DNA of 64,000 nt from an uncultured Bacilli bacterium (GCA_947601845.1 CANQGH010000001.1:288-64287); one strand, 5' to 3'; positions 49,829-59,530 are shown, counted from the stretch's first letter. Notes: generated by a model not told the origin, from the letters alone. Made by a program: numbers and translations.

Positions 49829-50167
49829 ATGCTGAATACAGAAATTGAATATAAAAGAGGAATCCTGTTTGTAAGACTTTTAGGAGAGATAAATTCTAAA
49901 ACTATTAAGAATTTAGATATGATTGATGATATTATTACTAAAGCAGGAATTAAATATTTATTAATTAATCTAGAAAAAGTGAGCATTATATCAAATAATC
50001 AAATAGATATCATGATAGACAAATATAAAAAATTAATTGGTGAAGATGGTAAATTATTAATTTGTGGATATTATAATCCTTCTAAATTAAAAATTGATAT
50101 TAAGGATATGGATAAAATATACGTATCTTATAATGAATTAAATGCATTTAATATAATTAATATTTAA
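49829..50167 (+). CDS. spoIIAA: STAS-domain anti-sigma-factor antagonist (SpoIIAA-like).
   Basis: Collinear with B. subtilis SpoIIAA (LINLEKVSIISNNQIDIMIDKYKKLIGEDGKLLICG vs [36 protein letters not shown]). The start is at the ATG with an AGGAG RBS. The tracked upstream start at 49796 is less likely. Confidence 0.6.
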   Translation: MLNTEIEYKRGILFVRLLGEINSKTIKNLDMIDDIITKAGIKYLLINLEKVSIISNNQIDIMIDKYKKLIGEDGKLLICGYYNPSKLKIDIKDMDKIYVSYNELNAFNIINI

Positions 50168-50177
50168 GGAGATTAAT

Positions 50178-50828
50178 ATGAACGGACAAGATTATAGTAA
50201 TATGATTTACAAGATAGCGCACAAATATAGTTTTGGAGTTGATTTTGAGGATTTATGTCAAGTAGGGCAAATTGGCTTAATGAAAGCCTATGAAAAATAT
50301 GATAAGAGTTATGGTAGTGACTTTTCATCATATGCTTATATTTATATTAAAGGAGAAATATTAAAGTATATTAAAGAAAATAGAGTAGTTAAAATTAGTA
50401 ATGATTTGTTTACTCTTAATAAATCTATCACGCATGCTAGGGAAGTTTTAACTCAAAAAAATATGAAGATGCCCACTAATTCTGAATTAGCTCTGTTTTT
50501 AGAAATACCAGAAGAAAAAATACACGAAGCTATGATAGCTACGGAATATGTTAAAAGTCTTGATTATGTTTTAAATGATGATGATGACAAAGAATTAACT
50601 TTGTATGACTCTATTAAATATGAAGAAAAAGGTTATGATGAGCGAATTTTAGATTTGAAAGAAGAATTATCTCTGTTAGATGAAAATGAAAAAAAACTTA
50701 TAATTGCTAGATATTATGAAGATAAGAGCCAGCAGGAAACATCAGAATTATTAGGTATTAGCCAAGTTCAAGTCTCAAGGAATGAATCTAAAATATTAAC
50801 GAAGCTAAGAAGTAAATTAGCTAGTTAA
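50178..50828 (+). CDS. sigF: Sporulation sigma factor, SigF/SigG-like, N-terminally short (216 aa).
   Basis: Regions 2-4 are collinear with B. subtilis SigF (DLCQVGQIGLMKAYEKYD; YYEDKSQQETSELLGISQVQVSR). The first ~40 aa of SigF are absent. Confidence 0.7.
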   Translation: MNGQDYSNMIYKIAHKYSFGVDFEDLCQVGQIGLMKAYEKYDKSYGSDFSSYAYIYIKGEILKYIKENRVVKISNDLFTLNKSITHAREVLTQKNMKMPTNSELALFLEIPEEKIHEAMIATEYVKSLDYVLNDDDDKELTLYDSIKYEEKGYDERILDLKEELSLLDENEKKLIIARYYEDKSQQETSELLGISQVQVSRNESKILTKLRSKLAS

Positions 50829-50883
50829 TATTTTTTTTTGCATAAAAAGAATGAAAATAGGGAAAATATTGGTAGGTGATAAG

Positions 50884-51328
50884 AATGGAAAAGAAAGAAT
50901 ATAAGAAAATTGTCGATAGACATAAACCTACAGAAACGAGAGTCCAAAATGCTATCATTAGTTTTTTAATTGGTGGTGTAGTAGGGGCAATAGGGCAAGG
51001 GTTAATTGATTTTTATTCCAGTTGGTTTGATATATCAACTCGTGATGCTTCAACCTTTATGATTGTAACTCTAGTGTTTGTTGCTTCATTATTTACTGCT
51101 CTAGGTTTCTTTGATAAATGGGTAACATTTGCTAAATGTGGATTAATTATTCCCATTACAGGATTTGCTCATTCTATGACTAGTGCGGGTATAGAGTACC
51201 GTAAGGAAGGTCCTATTTATGGATTAGGTATGAATATTTTTAAGTTAGCAGGATCAGTTATTTTATATGGTATTGTATCTGCCTGGTTATTTGGTACCAT
51301 TAGGTATTTATTGATGGGAGGAATATAG
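50884..51328 (+). CDS. spoVAC: Stage V sporulation protein AC.
   Basis: SpoVAC/AEb-family four-TM protein located after sigF, as in clostridial spoVA operons. Confidence 0.7.
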
Positions 51329-51329
51329 T

Positions 51330-52325
51330 ATGACTTATAAATACGACAATGTATATGTTGGTGGTTACTCAACCGTAGTAGGACCTTATGAAAAAGATGG
51401 ACCTTTATCTAAAGGATTTGATAAGTGTTATGATAATTTGTATAATGGTGAAAAAACTTGGGAACAGGCTGAAGTAAGACTTCTTTCCGATAGTATTGAT
51501 ATTTTATTAAAGAAGATTCAAAAAGATAAAAAGAATATTGATCTATTAATATCAGGAGATTTATTAAATCAAATTACTTCATCTAGTTATGCAGCTTTAA
51601 AGTTTGATATGCCTTTCTTTGGAATATATAGTGCTTGTGCTTCCAGTGCGGAGGGTATTATTTTAGGCGCTAGTCTAATTGATGGCGGAAAAATAAAAAA
51701 CTGTATATCAGCAACTTCTTCCCATAATATGTCAAGTGAAAAACAATTTAGAAATCCTACCGAGTATGGCGCCCCTAAACCTAAAACGGCAACTTTTACT
51801 GCGACAGGTGGTGCTAGTATTTACCTAACGCGTGAGAAAACTAATATTAAAGTTGAATCATCGACTATTGGCAAAGTAGTTGATATGGGACAAACAGATC
51901 CTTTTAATATGGGTGCTGTTATGGCGGCTGCTGCTGGTGATACGATTTATGAACATTTAAAGGCATTAAAAAGAGAGCCTAGTTATTATGACTTGATATT
52001 AACAGGCGATTTAGGGGTATATGGTAGAGAAATTCTAATTGACTATATGCATACTGAATATGGTTTGGATATAAGTAATAATTATGATGATGCAGGAACT
52101 ATGCTTTATGATTTATCTAAACAAGAAGAAGTAATGGCTGGAGGATCTGGTCCTGCTTGTAGTGCTTTGGTTAATTATGCTAAAATACTACCTAAAATGG
52201 AAAAAGGTGAATTAGATAGAGTATTATTTGTACCAACTGGAGCTTTGTTTTCTCCAACATTCGTATATCAACACGAAAATATTAATTCAATTGCTCACGC
52301 AATTAGTTTGGAGGCGGTAAGATGA
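51330..52325 (+). CDS. spoVAD: Stage V sporulation protein AD (thiolase-like fold).
   Basis: Length, operon position and thiolase-like motifs (SACASSAEG). Confidence 0.75.
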   Translation: MTYKYDNVYVGGYSTVVGPYEKDGPLSKGFDKCYDNLYNGEKTWEQAEVRLLSDSIDILLKKIQKDKKNIDLLISGDLLNQITSSSYAALKFDMPFFGIYSACASSAEGIILGASLIDGGKIKNCISATSSHNMSSEKQFRNPTEYGAPKPKTATFTATGGASIYLTREKTNIKVESSTIGKVVDMGQTDPFNMGAVMAAAAGDTIYEHLKALKREPSYYDLILTGDLGVYGREILIDYMHTEYGLDISNNYDDAGTMLYDLSKQEEVMAGGSGPACSALVNYAKILPKMEKGELDRVLFVPTGALFSPTFVYQHENINSIAHAISLEAVR

Positions 52326-52672
52326 TTTATTTATATTCATTCCTTTTTGCCGGATTTGTATCTATGTTAGGACAAATAATATTAGATAATACCAAATTAA
52401 CGGCAGGACATATTACTAGTTTATTTGTAATAATAGGTGCTTTTCTTGATACTTTTAGTATCTATGATAAGATTATTGCTTATGTTGGAGGAGGAGCCTT
52501 AGTACCAATTACTAGCTTTGGACATTCACTAATTCATGGAGCTTTAGCTAAAGCATCTGAATATGGTTTAATAGGTATATTGACAGGTATGTTTGATTTA
52601 ACCGCATCAGGTATTACTTCGGCAATTATCTTTACCTTTATATTTAGTTTATTTTGTAGACCAAAGGATTAA
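52322..52672 (+). CDS. spoVAEb: Stage V sporulation protein AEb.
   Basis: Small four-TM paralog of SpoVAC that overlaps the spoVAD stop. Confidence 0.7.
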   Translation: MIYLYSFLFAGFVSMLGQIILDNTKLTAGHITSLFVIIGAFLDTFSIYDKIIAYVGGGALVPITSFGHSLIHGALAKASEYGLIGILTGMFDLTASGITSAIIFTFIFSLFCRPKD

Positions 52673-52759
52673 AATACATAAAGAGTTCGCAAGAACTTTT
52701 TTCTTTTGCATTAAAAGGACATTATTGATATAATTAATTTAACAATTGGATGTGGTAAG

Positions 52760-53473
52760 ATGGATATAGAAATTAAGATAAATGAGTTTGAAGGACCATT
52801 AGATCTTTTATTACACTTAATTAAAGAATCAAAAATGGATATTTTTGATTTAAAAATTGAATTAATTACTGATCAATATTTAGATTATATTAATAAAATG
52901 GAACAGATGAATTTAGATATAGCAAGTAGTTATTTAGTAATGGCAGCGGAATTAATTGAAATGAAGTCTAAACTCCTTTTGCCAAGGCATGAAGAAGAGG
53001 AACAAGAGGAAGAAGATCCGAAAGAACAATTAGTTAATAGATTAATTGAGTATCAAAAGTATAAAGATTTAACCAGTGAATTCAAAGAGTTAGAAGAAGA
53101 ACGCCATCAAATATTTACCAAAAGTCCTGAGAATATTAAAAGTTATTTAGAAGATGTTAAATTTGTAAATAACAGTGAAGTAACTCTAGAGGATTTAATA
53201 GAGGCTTTTAAAAAATTTTTAGAACGTCAAAAAGAGAGCCGTCCTTTAGAAACCAAGATTACTAAAAAAGAAATTTCATTAGAAGAAAGAAGAACTTCTA
53301 TCAAAAAAATTTTAAAGGAAAAGAAGAGGATTAATTTTTTAGATTTATTTGATGTTATTACCAAAGAATATGTAGTAGTAACCTTTTTAACTATTTTAGA
53401 AATGGCTCGTCTTAATGAATTATTGATTACGCAAGATAAAAACTTTGGTGAAATTATGTGTGAGGGGATATAG
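52760..53473 (+). CDS. scpA: Segregation and condensation protein A.
   Basis: ScpA N-terminus FEGPLDLLLHLI. Followed by scpB. Confidence 0.75.
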   Translation: MDIEIKINEFEGPLDLLLHLIKESKMDIFDLKIELITDQYLDYINKMEQMNLDIASSYLVMAAELIEMKSKLLLPRHEEEEQEEEDPKEQLVNRLIEYQKYKDLTSEFKELEEERHQIFTKSPENIKSYLEDVKFVNNSEVTLEDLIEAFKKFLERQKESRPLETKITKKEISLEERRTSIKKILKEKKRINFLDLFDVITKEYVVVTFLTILEMARLNELLITQDKNFGEIMCEGI

Positions 53474-54034
53474 ATGAATAAGGAAGCAGTATTAGAAGGA
53501 TTATTGTTTGTTGTAGGTGATGAGGGATTAACTATATCCCAAATTAAAGATATATTAGAATTGAATGATGATGAAGCTAAGGAACTAATAATATCTTTAA
53601 AAGAAAAATATGAACAGCCTGATCGTGGTATTAGAATTGACTTTTTAGGAAATACTTTTAAATTAACAACCAAAAAGGAGCATAGGGAGTACTATCAAAA
53701 ATTGATTGAAAATGAAGAAACTAACAATTTATCGCAATCAGCACTTGAAACTTTGGCAATAATTGCGTATAATGAACCTATAACACGTTTAATGGTCGAT
53801 GAAATTAGAGGTGTTAGTAGTAGGGAAATGATAAGAAAATTGGTGGCTAAAGGATTAGTAAAAGAAACTGGTAGAAGTGATTTACCAGGAAGACCTATTC
53901 TTTATCAAACTACTAGTGAATTCTTAGATTATTTTGGATTATCTTCAAAAGAGGACTTACCAAAGTTTGATATGATGGTAGAAGAATTAACTGATTCAGT
54001 TGATTTATATGATTCAAAATATAAAGAAGAATAA
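53474..54034 (+). CDS. scpB: Segregation and condensation protein B.
   Basis: Tandem winged-helix ScpB motifs (LEGLLFV..., ITR...EIRGV). Confidence 0.8.
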   Translation: MNKEAVLEGLLFVVGDEGLTISQIKDILELNDDEAKELIISLKEKYEQPDRGIRIDFLGNTFKLTTKKEHREYYQKLIENEETNNLSQSALETLAIIAYNEPITRLMVDEIRGVSSREMIRKLVAKGLVKETGRSDLPGRPILYQTTSEFLDYFGLSSKEDLPKFDMMVEELTDSVDLYDSKYKEE

Positions 54035-54042
54035 TTCTTTAT

Positions 54043-54128
54043 GCCTGAGTGGCGGAATGGTAGACGCGCTGGACTCAAAATCCAGTGGTAGCAATATCGT
54101 GTGGGTTCAAGTCCCACCTCAGGCACCA
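54043..54128 (+). tRNA. tRNA-Leu (anticodon CAA), type II with a long variable arm. CCA is encoded.
   Basis: Acceptor GCCTGAG/CTCAGGC. Anticodon stem CTGGA/TCCAG with loop CTCAAAA. T-arm GTGGG-TTCAAGT-CCCAC. Length 86 nt. Confidence 0.9.
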
Positions 54129-54130
54129 TA

Positions 54131-54166
54131 AGGATAAAAACTCGAACTTTTAAGGTTCGAGTTTTA
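54131..54166 (+). terminator. Intrinsic terminator (CTCGAAC-ttttaag-GTTCGAG followed by TTTT) after tRNA-Leu.
   Basis: Perfect 7-bp stem followed by a T-run. Confidence 0.6.
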
Positions 54167-54274
54167 AAATGTTCGAATTTATGATAAAATTTTTATAAAT
54201 CGGATTGATATATTTGTCAATTTAGAAAACGCACTTGTATTTGAGAAAAACAATATGCATATAGGAGATATAAA

Positions 54275-54967
54275 ATGGAATACAAAGAATTTGCAAAGTA
54301 TTATGATAAATTTTATAAAAATAAAAATTATGTTAAAGAAACAGAATTTTTAATAAATTTTATTAAGCAAGATGATAAAATTATCGATATAGGTTGTGGA
54401 ACAGGATTACATGCTTATTTACTGCAACAAAATGGCTTCAAAGTTGATGGCTTAGATCTTAATAAAGAAATGTTAGATATTGCTAAAACTAGGCTTCACT
54501 CTAATCTTTATTTACAAAATATATTAGATATAAATATCCAACAAAAATATGATGTTATAATCTCAATGTTTGCTGTATTAAATCATTTAAAAGATACACA
54601 AGAGTTAGAAAAGACTCTTATGAATTTGAAAAGTATTTTAACTGATGAAGGAAAAATAATAATCGATTTACATAATCCGCAAAGTTCTGGTAATAAAACA
54701 GATTCTTATGATAATATGACTAGAACTATGGAATGGAATTATGATAAAAAATCTAAAATAGAAGATAGTAAAATTACATTTGAAATTGATGGTAAGAAAT
54801 ATATTGGCAATCATACTTTTAGAATTTTTACAATTGATGAGATAAAACAATGCTGTGAAAACGTTGGCCTTGTTGTTAAAAAAGTATATGAAAATTATGA
54901 TATTAATAAGTGCGGTTCATCTCTTTCTAAAAACTTACAATTCTTAATATGTAAAGTTTTATTTTAA
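54275..54967 (+). CDS. Class I SAM-dependent methyltransferase of the small-molecule type.
   Basis: Motif I IIDIGCGTGLHA and motif II YDVIISMF. Confidence 0.7.
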   Translation: MEYKEFAKYYDKFYKNKNYVKETEFLINFIKQDDKIIDIGCGTGLHAYLLQQNGFKVDGLDLNKEMLDIAKTRLHSNLYLQNILDINIQQKYDVIISMFAVLNHLKDTQELEKTLMNLKSILTDEGKIIIDLHNPQSSGNKTDSYDNMTRTMEWNYDKKSKIEDSKITFEIDGKKYIGNHTFRIFTIDEIKQCCENVGLVVKKVYENYDINKCGSSLSKNLQFLICKVLF

Positions 54968-55202
54968 TACTTAAAAGTTATTGCAACCCTTCTTTAGGGC
55001 ACTAGATAGGTATCAAACTTATATAATTCAATTATTTGATTGGTTCAAATTTAAAATACCCAAAATTATGTTAAAATATTTATAGATAAATTAGCATATT
55101 TGTCAATATGGATTAAATATATAATAAATTAGTAATAGATAAAATTTTCAAAATAAAACATGAATATTTTGATAATTTGAATGAAATAGATTTGCATAAG
55201 AG

Positions 55203-56126
55203 GTGTTATATATGTATTTACAATATTATATAGAGCAATTAGGTTTTCCAAATCTTCCACTATTTTTACCTAAATATTTAAAAGCACCATCATTATTAAG
55301 ATTAAAAAAGATTGGTTATTTTTGTGGAATGGATTATGCTTCAAAGGATATTTATGATTTTAGCGAATATATCAGTAGATATGATCATTCATTAAGTGTT
55401 TGTTTAATAGTTTATAAATTAACTAAGGATAAAAAAATGTCTCTTGCTGGGCTTTTTCATGATATCGGTACACCTTGTTTTTCTCATGTTGTAGATTATA
55501 TGAATAGAGATTATGAAAGGCAAGAAAGTACTGAAAAGTATACTGAATATTGTTTAAAAAAAGATAAGTATCTCATTGAATGTTTAAAAGAGGATAATAT
55601 TGATATTAATGATATTATTAATTTTAAACAATATCCTATTGTTGATAATGATCGACCTAAAGTTTGTGCCGATAGAATTGATGGTGTAATTTTAAATGGA
55701 ATTGGATGGACTAAAAATATTAGCAAAAAGGATATAAAGGCAATAGTTCAAGATATGTGTGTATTTAAAAACGAGGACAATGAAGATGAAATTGGTTTTA
55801 AGTCTTTGGACATTGCCCAAAAAGTTTTACAAGAAAATGAAAATATTGATTCATATTGTCACTCTAGGGAAGATAATTATATGATGCAATTTTTAGCCAA
55901 AATAACAAAATTAGCAATTAGTCAAAAATACATTTCTTATGAAGATTTATATTTTTATAATGAAGAAGAATTATTTAATTTATTGAAACAGAAAAGTAAT
56001 AACGAAATAAGGCAGCTTATTAATCAATTTCAAACTCAAAAAAAGGAAGAGATTACTGAAATAGAAATACCTAAAATAAAAGTTAGAAATTTAAAGCCTT
56101 TAGTGAATGGATTACGAATAGGATAA
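55203..56126 (+). CDS. HD-domain protein with dGTPase/SAMHD1-like motifs, short (307 aa).
   Basis: RYDHSLSV (RxxHSxxV), LFHDIGTPCFSH (HDxGxxPFxH-like) and CADRIDG (DRxD). Confidence 0.45.
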   Translation: MLYMYLQYYIEQLGFPNLPLFLPKYLKAPSLLRLKKIGYFCGMDYASKDIYDFSEYISRYDHSLSVCLIVYKLTKDKKMSLAGLFHDIGTPCFSHVVDYMNRDYERQESTEKYTEYCLKKDKYLIECLKEDNIDINDIINFKQYPIVDNDRPKVCADRIDGVILNGIGWTKNISKKDIKAIVQDMCVFKNEDNEDEIGFKSLDIAQKVLQENENIDSYCHSREDNYMMQFLAKITKLAISQKYISYEDLYFYNEEELFNLLKQKSNNEIRQLINQFQTQKKEEITEIEIPKIKVRNLKPLVNGLRIG

Positions 56127-56554
56127 TTAACAAATTTATATTCAAAGTAATAACTTAGAAAATTATTATTTTAGTGCTAAAGACCAAACTAGTAAAATTA
56201 CAAATTAGAAGAATATAAATTTATTTTTTAGAAAATAATATTGAAGCTGAACAATGTTATGAACAGTAAAGAACACTATATCCATAAAAATGATTATACA
56301 TATCATAATACATGCATTATCTATTCAAAACGCCTAAGAGATAATAAAATAATTCTTGAAATAATACTTTTTGAATATAAGAAACATGATGGCGGAGGAG
56401 AAAAAAGTAATTTAGAAGTAAAAATATAATTTTTAAATAAAAAAATACATTGTTAATAAATTTTGAATGTTTAAGTGTATATATAAAAATATTTAATAGG
56501 GTACATAAAACTAATAAAAGTCAGTTATGATAAATAACTGACCTTGAAAAATTA

Positions 56555-57118
56555 TTATACTTTTTTAGGAATAAGTTTTAATATTTTAGGTGGTTCACCA
56601 AGCGATAGTGTATATATATTAGAACCTATTACATGTTCTTGAAGAATAGACTCTTCTTTGTTATTGCCATTATTATCTTTTTCAAAGGTAGGAACCAAAA
56701 TATATTTTGATTGGACAAGTGAAGGTAATTTACCATCATTAAATTCTATGTGATATTCTTGACTATATTGTTTTGATTCTAATAATAAATCATAATTAGT
56801 TTTTATATCTAAATGCTGTAATTCTAAACTTAAAAAGGATAATTGTTTTTTAGCCCTATCTTTAAATATATCATTTCCTAATGCTTTAAATGATATGAGT
56901 TCTATTACAGTTATTATTCCAAATTGGTATCCTAATGTTAATGGTAAATTCCCATCAATTGGTGTATGTAATAAAAGTGTATCTACCACTAGAAAAGTGG
57001 GAAAATGAATGGTTAACCAAACATTTTTTCTATTTCTTATTAATTTTAATGGACCATATGGTTCTTTAATATCTTTAATTTTTTTCATCATATCATAATT
57101 AATAATTAATTGTTCCAT
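56555..57118 (-). CDS. Hypothetical protein with 1-2 hydrophobic segments.
   Basis: ORF only. Confidence 0.35.
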   Translation of the reverse strand: MEQLIINYDMMKKIKDIKEPYGPLKLIRNRKNVWLTIHFPTFLVVDTLLLHTPIDGNLPLTLGYQFGIITVIELISFKALGNDIFKDRAKKQLSFLSLELQHLDIKTNYDLLLESKQYSQEYHIEFNDGKLPSLVQSKYILVPTFEKDNNGNNKEESILQEHVIGSNIYTLSLGEPPKILKLIPKKV

Positions 57119-57260
57119 GTTTTTCCTCTTTCGTAAGCATATTCTATCATATTGCTAATAGCTGGTCAAATACCAAAAAAACTCCAAAAAAATTAATTAA
57201 ATACATACAGAGTTTCTTTTTATTTTTTATTGTTTATGCTATCATTAATATAGTGAGGTT

Positions 57261-57845
57261 GTGATTATTATGAAATGTAGTAAATGTGGTTGTGAAAATT
57301 TAAGAAAAGCTAACTTTTGTAAGAAATGTGGTCATAAGTTTAGTAATGATGATAAAGAATTAGCTAGTAAAAAGGGGTTAATAGGAGTATTAAATAAGAT
57401 AAAAAATTGGTATAATTTTTGGACTTTTAAAAAAGTTACTGATTCTATTTGGTTTAAAATATTATCGGTGGTAGTAGTTTTAGTTATTGGTTTTTATTTT
57501 TACTTTTTAAATGGTGATAATCTGAGAATCGAAACTGGTAATAATTATAATTTAAATTATAATAAAAATAATCATGAATATTATGTATATTTAAAACAAG
57601 AAAGTTATTCTGATTATGCCCAGAATGATGGTTTAATTGAAATTAATCTTTATATTCCTAAACGTAATCAAGAAATTTATGTTCAAAAGTATGATGAAAA
57701 TAATAAAATTGTACAAGAGGATACTTTTAAGAAAGAAAACGTAATTAAAGTAAATGCTAATACTAAAGAGAATGGTTATTATTTGATATCGACAAATAAA
57801 GATATGACAGATGCTTTAAAAGTATATGTTTATTTAGGGGGGTGA
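57261..57845 (+). CDS. Zinc-ribbon (CxxC-N12-CxxC) protein with one TM helix and an extracytoplasmic domain.
   Basis: CSKCGC...CKKCGH followed by the TM FKILSVVVVLVIGFYFYFL. Confidence 0.5.
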   Translation: MIIMKCSKCGCENLRKANFCKKCGHKFSNDDKELASKKGLIGVLNKIKNWYNFWTFKKVTDSIWFKILSVVVVLVIGFYFYFLNGDNLRIETGNNYNLNYNKNNHEYYVYLKQESYSDYAQNDGLIEINLYIPKRNQEIYVQKYDENNKIVQEDTFKKENVIKVNANTKENGYYLISTNKDMTDALKVYVYLGG

Positions 57846-57851
57846 ATAAGT

Positions 57852-58568
57852 ATGGCTAAAAAGAAGAATAAGGTTTTTTGTATTTTTTGTGGTACGGAAA
57901 ATAACAATAGTGATAAACAATGTCATAAATGTCATAGAACACTTAATCCTAAAAAGCATGAATTACTTGATTATATTTGGAATGAAATTAAGGATGAGGT
58001 AAAAGGTGAAGGAATTGATCGGATTTTAAGTATTATCAAAAGTGTTATTAAACATTTTTGGTACGGAACAATGATTACAGCCTCAGTTGTTATAAGTGCT
58101 GGTTTAGTCATTGCGGGTGCTACTAATAAGCAGTTAGATAATGGAGTAGCCATTACTAATCAAAAGGCACAGTTTACAGAATTAACGGATTATGAAAAAT
58201 TGTTGGGTTGTTGGAAGGGAACTTATAATGAAAATTATAGTATATCAGGAGAATGGTATTATAAGTTTATATCTGATAAAGAAGTTCAATATTATTTACG
58301 TGAAGTATCACATAATATTAATAATGAAGAATTTGTTTATGAACGTAATATATTAATGGATTATTTTATTATTGATAAAGATATTCGTGGTCAAAATAGA
58401 AGATTTTTTGGTTTAGGATTACCTAGTCCTGATGAGATAAATGGTGAAGATTTTATGTGGGAAAGTGATGATGTATGGTTAGAGGTTCCTGAGTTGAATA
58501 TGGACTATGCTAAGAGAAACACAAGAATAAGTTGTAGTCTTTTCCCTAATGATAAAGGTATAGATTAG
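57852..58568 (+). CDS. Zinc-ribbon protein with one TM helix and an extracytoplasmic domain. Its architecture parallels the preceding gene.
   Basis: CIFCGT...CHKCH followed by the TM MITASVVISAGLVIAGA. Confidence 0.5.
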   Translation: MAKKKNKVFCIFCGTENNNSDKQCHKCHRTLNPKKHELLDYIWNEIKDEVKGEGIDRILSIIKSVIKHFWYGTMITASVVISAGLVIAGATNKQLDNGVAITNQKAQFTELTDYEKLLGCWKGTYNENYSISGEWYYKFISDKEVQYYLREVSHNINNEEFVYERNILMDYFIIDKDIRGQNRRFFGLGLPSPDEINGEDFMWESDDVWLEVPELNMDYAKRNTRISCSLFPNDKGID

Positions 58569-58578
58569 AGAGGTATTT

Positions 58579-59202
58579 ATGGATAAGAAAGTATTTAGAG
58601 ATATCAATTATGGAATGTATATTGTAAGTACAAAGGATGATAAAAAAGTAGGGTGTGTTATTAATACATTAACTCAAATAACAAGTGATAACCCGACAAT
58701 ATCAATTAGTCTTAATAAAGAAAATTATACTAATGAAGTAATACGTAAAATGAAAAAGTTTAGTGTATCTATTTTATCAGAAGAGACTAGTCCTAATACT
58801 ATTGCTAAATTTGGCTTTTCTTCTTCTAAAGATGTAGATAAATATGTGGATGTTCCTTATGAAGAAGTAGAGGATAATGTAGTAATAACCGATAACATTT
58901 GTGGATATCTTATTTGTGAAGTAATTAATATTATTGATGTAGGAACGCATGATGTTTTTATTGCTAGAGTAATTGATGCTAAAAAGGTAAGTGATTTACC
59001 TCCTATGACGTATAGTTATTATCATAAAGTAATTAAAGGAACATCTCCTAGAAAAGCGCCTACTTATGTTTTAGAAGACGTTGAAAGTGATGAAGAAGTT
59101 TGGGTTTGTGATGTTTGTGGTTATGTTCATAAAGGACCAATTAGTGATGATTTCATCTGTCCAATATGTGGAGTTAATAGAAGTCATTTTCAAAAAAAGT
59201 AA
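58579..59202 (+). CDS. Flavin-reductase-like domain fused to a C-terminal rubredoxin (high-molecular-weight rubredoxin, Hrb-like).
   Basis: The N-terminal flavin reductase fold is YGMYIVSTKDDKKVGCVINT. The C-terminus is CDVCGY...CPICG. Confidence 0.6.
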   Translation: MDKKVFRDINYGMYIVSTKDDKKVGCVINTLTQITSDNPTISISLNKENYTNEVIRKMKKFSVSILSEETSPNTIAKFGFSSSKDVDKYVDVPYEEVEDNVVITDNICGYLICEVINIIDVGTHDVFIARVIDAKKVSDLPPMTYSYYHKVIKGTSPRKAPTYVLEDVESDEEVWVCDVCGYVHKGPISDDFICPICGVNRSHFQKK

Positions 59203-59265
59203 TAAGATTAAATTTTCTTGCTTACAAAATTAAAACAGGATATGATATAATGAAATTACAACGAG

Positions 59266-59309
59266 TAGCTAACATTGGCGTAAGTCCAGTTGTTAGCTAT
59301 TTATTTTTT
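59266..59309 (+). terminator. Terminator hairpin (TAGCTAACA-16nt-TGTTAGCTA plus T-run) downstream of the hrb-like gene.
   Basis: 9-bp perfect stem followed by TTTATTTTTT. Confidence 0.45.
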
Positions 59310-59320
59310 AGGAGATAAAA

Positions 59321-59530
59321 ATGTCAACAGAATTTAAATTATATAATGTTAAAGAAGAGGATTTATATGTCAATAAGACTAAAGAAGAGAAAATGTTATT
59401 GCAACAAGAAATGGTGGTAATGGCTAAGGAAAGAGGTATTAAACCAACTGCTAGATATTTTAATACTTATCCGAGTACGGTTAGAAAATATTTAAGAAAA
59501 TATGAACAAAAAAGTAATCAAGGTAATTAA
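59321..59530 (+). CDS. Small HTH-containing protein (69 aa). It resembles the N-terminal HTH fragment of a transposase or resolvase.
   Basis: HTH-like IKPTARYFNTYPSTVRKYLRKY. There is no catalytic domain. Confidence 0.3.
   Translation: MSTEFKLYNVKEEDLYVNKTKEEKMLLQQEMVVMAKERGIKPTARYFNTYPSTVRKYLRKYEQKSNQGN

Noticed and set aside
57837-57842. G6 tract at the junction of the two zinc-ribbon genes as a phase-variation site.
   Set aside because: Only 6 nt. It functions as the RBS (GGGGGG) for the second gene. Tracts this short are not reliably slippage-prone.
3076-58153. Many short (60-115 aa) ORFs fully embedded antisense or out of frame inside longer well-supported genes. Examples are 3076-3276, 3910-4092, 5683-5865, 5925-6113, 9310-9495, 9790-10005, 10336-10647, 17070-17378, 19515-19811, 24614-24925, 26053-26391, 28803-29024, 29334-29543, 35294-35494, 39508-39699, 40558-40740, 44109-44518, 44646-44840, 45724-46128, 48799-49026, 49804-49986, 53227-53673, 53929-54129, 54668-54850, 55511-55726 and 57971-58153.
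   Set aside because: Low-complexity AT-rich translations with no RBS, overlapping genes that have strong motif support. 53929-54129 also overlaps tRNA-Leu on the opposite strand.
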